From positions 1,003-65,002 of the forward strand of contig PBEG01000016.1 in NCBI GenBank assembly GCA_002718395.1: a stretch of DNA of 64,000 nucleotides, in the 5' to 3' direction. A model generated the notes under the pieces. It was not told the origin of the DNA. It saw only the letters and a program-made list of their open reading frames with translations, and ran no database searches. Of this stretch, positions 60,255 through 64,000 are shown in pieces. The translations under genes were made by a program, and so were the position numbers. The number at the start of each line of letters is the position of its first letter. The stretch's first letter is position 1. The DNA comes from Chloroflexota bacterium. Its GTDB lineage: Bacteria; Chloroflexota; Dehalococcoidia; UBA2979.

Positions 60255-60857
60255 CTAAGCTTTATCATCAAATGGGCGAATTGACATTCTTTTCACTATA
60301 TATTCTTGAAGATTATTTATGTCTTTTTCAGTCAAAGCACCATCAAAAACTCCAGTGAATAATTGATCAAAATCCTGAACTACACTTGTAAAGTATATTG
60401 TTAAAGGTTTCATCATCTCTTCAGAAATGCGATAGAGCGTTCTTCTTGAATCGGCAGGATCTTTTTCTCTTATAAAAATCTCACTATCAACGCCAATAGA
60501 GAGTACTTTTCTGAAATTTGCGAATGTAGTTGCTGGAAAAATATCACAAATAGAATCATATAAATCATCTCTACTAACCCCATTATCACCTCTGAATTGA
60601 AACAAAATAACTGAACAAATAATTTGAACTTGGAGATAGCCAGATCTGATGTAATTGGATAGTTTTCTAGGCTGAAGATCTCTATTTGATAATCCTAAAG
60701 CTCTTATAGTGGCGGCATATGCAAGAACCTCTATGCCTTGATTTGTATCCTTGAAATCAATTGTAGACTGATTGACAGCTTCTGATAGACTGCCCTTTTT
60801 CTTGTTGATCTCCCATTTCTCAATACTTTTATTTATCTGGCTGACTTTATTGTTCAT
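60255..60857 (-). CDS. hypothetical protein, possible C-terminal winged-helix (MarR/PadR-like wing REKDPADSRRTLYRIS)
   Basis: No signal peptide or TM. Only a weak wHTH-like pattern in the C-terminal half. Confidence 0.25.
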   Translation of the reverse strand: MNNKVSQINKSIEKWEINKKKGSLSEAVNQSTIDFKDTNQGIEVLAYAATIRALGLSNRDLQPRKLSNYIRSGYLQVQIICSVILFQFRGDNGVSRDDLYDSICDIFPATTFANFRKVLSIGVDSEIFIREKDPADSRRTLYRISEEMMKPLTIYFTSVVQDFDQLFTGVFDGALTEKDINNLQEYIVKRMSIRPFDDKA

Positions 60858-60927
60858 TATTCAATTAAAATAAATATTTTTATTGGATATAATCTATTAC
60901 TCTTTAGTAAATATCTCAAATGGATAA

Positions 60928-61275
60928 ATGGATATGTTTAAGAAAAAAATATTTTTAATTGTTTCATTGATAACTTTCAGCTCAATGACTTTCGCTGAAT
61001 GCAATTACCCAAAGAAAAAGTTTGATATTCCCTCAGGGAAAAAAGCAACTGAAGCCGAAATGGTTGAAACCATGGGTAAAGTAAAACAATTTCAGGCTGA
61101 TCTAGGGGTTTACAGAATATGCTTGGATAATGAGTTAGCCAAAGTCTCTCCTGAGCTTGAGTCATATGAGGAAATTGAGAGAATGAATGCTCAAAAATAC
61201 AATGCCTCAGTCGAAGACGAACAAAAAATGGCTGAAGAATGGGGCGAAGCTGTCAGGGCCTTTAAATCAAAATAA
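60928..61275 (+). CDS. small secreted/periplasmic hypothetical protein (115 aa, signal peptide, 2 Cys)
   Basis: N-terminal MDMFKKKIFLIVSLITFSSMTFA signal-like segment. Helical, charged mature part. Divergent from the 60255..60857 gene. Confidence 0.4.
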   Translation: MDMFKKKIFLIVSLITFSSMTFAECNYPKKKFDIPSGKKATEAEMVETMGKVKQFQADLGVYRICLDNELAKVSPELESYEEIERMNAQKYNASVEDEQKMAEEWGEAVRAFKSK

Positions 61276-61293
61276 TCAAATAAGGATCAAAAA

Positions 61294-62265
61294 GTGTCTA
61301 AAACTGTGACCATCACTGGTGCAGCTGGTCAGATTGGATATCAGCTCGCATTCAGAATTGCTTCTGGTCAACTTCTAGGAGCAGATGAAAAAATTAATTT
61401 AAGTCTTTTAGAGATTACCCCTGCATTAGATGCGCTGAAAGGAGTTGCTATGGAACTAGAAGACTGTGCTTTTGAGTCGCTAGTTGAGATTACTATTTCA
61501 GATGATCCTAATGAAGCATTTAAAGATAGTGATTATGCATTTTTAGTTGGCGCTAAACCCAGAGGGCCAGGAATGGAGAGAAGCGACTTATTACAAGAAA
61601 ATGCAAAAATCTTTTCAGCTCAAGGAAAAGCAATAAATGAAAATTCATCAAGAGATATAAAAGTACTCGTTGTAGGAAATCCAGCTAATACAAATGCTTT
61701 GATCGCAATGTCAAATGCACCAGATATTGATCAAAGTGCATTTACTGCAATGACGAGACTTGATCACAACCGTGCGCTTGCGCAGCTTGCATCTAAATTA
61801 GGTTGTCATTCAAGCGAACTAAGCAATATGACTATTTGGGGAAATCATTCAACAACTCAGTATCCAGATGTGAGTAATTTGAAGCTAGAAGGTGAAAAAA
61901 TATTAAGTAGACTTGATCACGCATGGATAAAGGACAACTTTATTCCGCGTGTACAAAATAGAGGCGCAGAGATTATTAAAGCCAGAGGTTTATCTAGTGC
62001 AGCTTCTGCTGCATCTGCGGCAATTGATCATATGAGAGATTGGACATTGGGAACAAAAGACAATGATTGGGTAAGTATGGCTATACCTAGTGATGGATCA
62101 TATGGCATCAGTAAAGGCATCATCTATTCTTTTCCTGTGACATGCGAAAGTGGATCATATTCGATTGTACAAAATCTTGAAATCGATAATTTTAGTAAGG
62201 AATCAATGGAAATAACTGAAACAGAGCTTCTCGATGAAAAGGCAGCAATTGAGCATTTGCTGTAA
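61294..62265 (+). CDS. mdh: malate dehydrogenase (NAD, LDH-like family 2). GTG start with AAGGA Shine-Dalgarno 7 nt upstream
   Basis: [15 protein letters not shown]-binding and substrate Arg/His (DHNRA) motifs. 323 aa. Confidence 0.9.
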   Translation: MSKTVTITGAAGQIGYQLAFRIASGQLLGADEKINLSLLEITPALDALKGVAMELEDCAFESLVEITISDDPNEAFKDSDYAFLVGAKPRGPGMERSDLLQENAKIFSAQGKAINENSSRDIKVLVVGNPANTNALIAMSNAPDIDQSAFTAMTRLDHNRALAQLASKLGCHSSELSNMTIWGNHSTTQYPDVSNLKLEGEKILSRLDHAWIKDNFIPRVQNRGAEIIKARGLSSAASAASAAIDHMRDWTLGTKDNDWVSMAIPSDGSYGISKGIIYSFPVTCESGSYSIVQNLEIDNFSKESMEITETELLDEKAAIEHLL

Positions 62266-62290
62266 ATTTAGACAAGACCTAATTTAATCT

Positions 62291-62329
62291 GTAGAATCCA
62301 TGATCCGGATTACTACGAAATTATTTTTT
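62291..62329 (+). terminator. candidate intrinsic terminator after mdh (imperfect hairpin gtagaatcc..ggattactac followed by a T-tract)
   Basis: Imperfect ~9-bp stem with a bulge, loop atgatcc, then gaaattatttttt. Weak, AT-rich stem. Confidence 0.25.
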
Positions 62330-62354
62330 AGGGATTAATTTTCAAAAACTTCAA

Positions 62355-64000
62355 ATGATTTTTTTTATAGCGACAGTCATACTTTCTATTTGGATATTTT
62401 ACACCGCAATGGAATTGAGAAAAGCAACCCTGTTAGTGGGATTACTCCTTGCTGTATACACCCTGATTGGTGATCCAAACAGCATCTTCATCTCAATATT
62501 ATGGATTTTGTTTGGTCTTCTTGTTTCTCTCAATATTCCAGAAATTAGAAGAAACTACATTACCAAAAGAATCTTGGAGGTATATAAAGAGCTTCTACCG
62601 AAGATCTCACGAACAGAACAAGAAGCAATCGATGCAGGAAATGTTTGGTGGGATGCAGAACTATTCACGGGAAATCCAAACTGGGAAGTATTGAGATCTA
62701 ACCCAAAAGCGGAGCTTCCATCTGAAGAACAAGCTTTCCTAGATGGTCCAGTGAATGAACTTTGTGAAATGATTGATGAGTGGAAAGTTGCACATAAAGA
62801 TTATGACCTACCTCAGGATGTTTATGATTTTGTTAAAGAAAAAGGATTCTTTTCATTCATCATTCCGAAACAGTACGGCGGGCTTGAATTTTCTCCTCTT
62901 GGCCTCATATATGTAATGGCTAAAGTGGGTTCCCGAAGCGGGACCTTGGCCTCAATGGTCGGTGTTCCAAACTCCTTGGGGCCAGCAGAACTCCTTATGC
63001 ACTATGGGACAGAAGAACAAAAGAACGAACTGCTTCCAAAGCTTGCATCTGGTGAACATGTACCATGTTTTGCACTCACTGGTCCTTATGCAGGTTCAGA
63101 TGCAACATCTATGCCAGATACAGGGATAGTCTGTAAGGGTAATTTCGATGGAGAAGAAATCATTGGAATTAAGCTAAATTTCAGCAAAAGATATATCACT
63201 CTGGCACCGATAGCGACACTTATAGGTCTTGCTTTCAAAATGTATGATCCGGATCATCTATTAGGTGATACTGAGAATTATGGGATTACTTGTGCCCTTC
63301 TTCCAAAAGAAACAAAAGGACTAGAAACAGGAAGAAGACATATACCAATCGGTAGTCCTTTTATGAATGGCACTATTACTGGTGAAGACGTATTTATCCC
63401 GCTTGACTATATCATTGGTGGCGTTGAACAAGCTGGACAAGGGTGGAAAATGCTAACAGATTGCTTATCCGCTGGAAGAGCAATAGTTTTACCATCTGGT
63501 GCAATGAGCGGTGCAAAATCTGCTGTAGCTGTAACAGGTCCATATGCAAGAGCTAGAGAACAGTTTGGAATGCCAATTGCCGAATTTGAAGGAATTCTTG
63601 AACCTCTTGGAAGAATGGCAGGAAATTCGTATATGATCTCCTCTTCTGTATCTACCACAGCAATGGCAATTGGAGCTGGTGAGAAGCCATCAGTAATCTC
63701 AGCAATTCTTAAATATCATTCAACAGAACTTGCGAGAAATATAGGAAGAGACGCCATGGATATTCATGGAGGTAAGGCTGTCATGCTTGGGCCTAAAAAC
63801 TATTTGGCAGGCGGATATGAGAGCACTCCTGTAGGGATTACGGTTGAAGGTGCGAATATCATGACAAGGAGTTTGATCATTTTTGGACAAGGCGCCTTCA
63901 GATGTCATCCATATGTACTCAAAGAAATTGAAGCGGTCAATATGGAAGATAAAAATGAGTCACTTGAGCAATTTGATCTTCATCTATTTGGTCACATCGG
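62355..64000 (+). CDS. fadE: acyl-CoA dehydrogenase FadE (3'-truncated by the window end)
   Basis: N-terminal membrane-anchor-like region, then colinear with E. coli FadE (SRTEQEAIDAG..WW, EQAFLDGPV, GVPNSLGP, CFALTGPYAGSDA, RCHPYVL). The frame is open to base 64000. Not in the ORF track because it has no stop. Confidence 0.9.
   Translation, partial: MIFFIATVILSIWIFYTAMELRKATLLVGLLLAVYTLIGDPNSIFISILWILFGLLVSLNIPEIRRNYITKRILEVYKELLPKISRTEQEAIDAGNVWWDAELFTGNPNWEVLRSNPKAELPSEEQAFLDGPVNELCEMIDEWKVAHKDYDLPQDVYDFVKEKGFFSFIIPKQYGGLEFSPLGLIYVMAKVGSRSGTLASMVGVPNSLGPAELLMHYGTEEQKNELLPKLASGEHVPCFALTGPYAGSDATSMPDTGIVCKGNFDGEEIIGIKLNFSKRYITLAPIATLIGLAFKMYDPDHLLGDTENYGITCALLPKETKGLETGRRHIPIGSPFMNGTITGEDVFIPLDYIIGGVEQAGQGWKMLTDCLSAGRAIVLPSGAMSGAKSAVAVTGPYARAREQFGMPIAEFEGILEPLGRMAGNSYMISSSVSTTAMAIGAGEKPSVISAILKYHSTELARNIGRDAMDIHGGKAVMLGPKNYLAGGYESTPVGITVEGANIMTRSLIIFGQGAFRCHPYVLKEIEAVNMEDKNESLEQFDLHLFGHI

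Noticed and set aside
62467-62694. 75-aa plus-strand ORF
   Set aside because: Lies out of frame inside the fadE coding sequence, whose frame (starting at 62355) aligns with E. coli FadE through to the window end.

Overview
AT-rich window, likely a marine gammaproteobacterium (core genes purD, rho, trxA, cysQ, mdh, fadE, gshA all resemble E. coli-type orthologs). Between the cysQ side and the gshA/mdh/fadE side lies a ~53 kb surface-polysaccharide (O-antigen/capsule) island of about 50 genes, all on the minus strand (3910..~57077, extending to a yjbE/yjbH-like pair at 57114..60045). The island carries five nucleotide-sugar chemistries: dTDP-L-rhamnose (rmlBDAC), GDP-L-fucose (gmd/fcl), a GDP-heptose route (gmhA-hddA-hddC::gmhB plus a second Gmd-like dehydratase and reductases), CDP-glucose (rfbF/rfbG) with two TylC3-family sugar C-methyltransferases, UDP-GlcA/GalA (ugd plus epimerase), and CMP-pseudaminic acid (pseB, pseC, pseF, pseG, a SAF-less NeuB-family synthase). 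Also present are three ATP-grasp ligases, an acetolactate-synthase-like TPP enzyme, an NHL beta-propeller protein, a WecA-type initiating transferase, Wzy, Wzz, an ABC-type (PglK/Wzk-like) exporter with no Wzx, a 953-aa Wza/OPX, an RfaH ortholog with an ops-like GCGGTAGC element in the adjacent leader, an EPS-associated small MarR regulator, and a YjbH/GfcD barrel with a Thr/Pro-repeat YjbE/GfcA-like secreted protein encoded by short tandem DNA repeats. No transposases, integrases, tRNAs or CRISPR arrays were seen. All homology calls come from reading the translated ORFs and comparing motifs and remembered ortholog sequences by eye; nothing was searched against a database.
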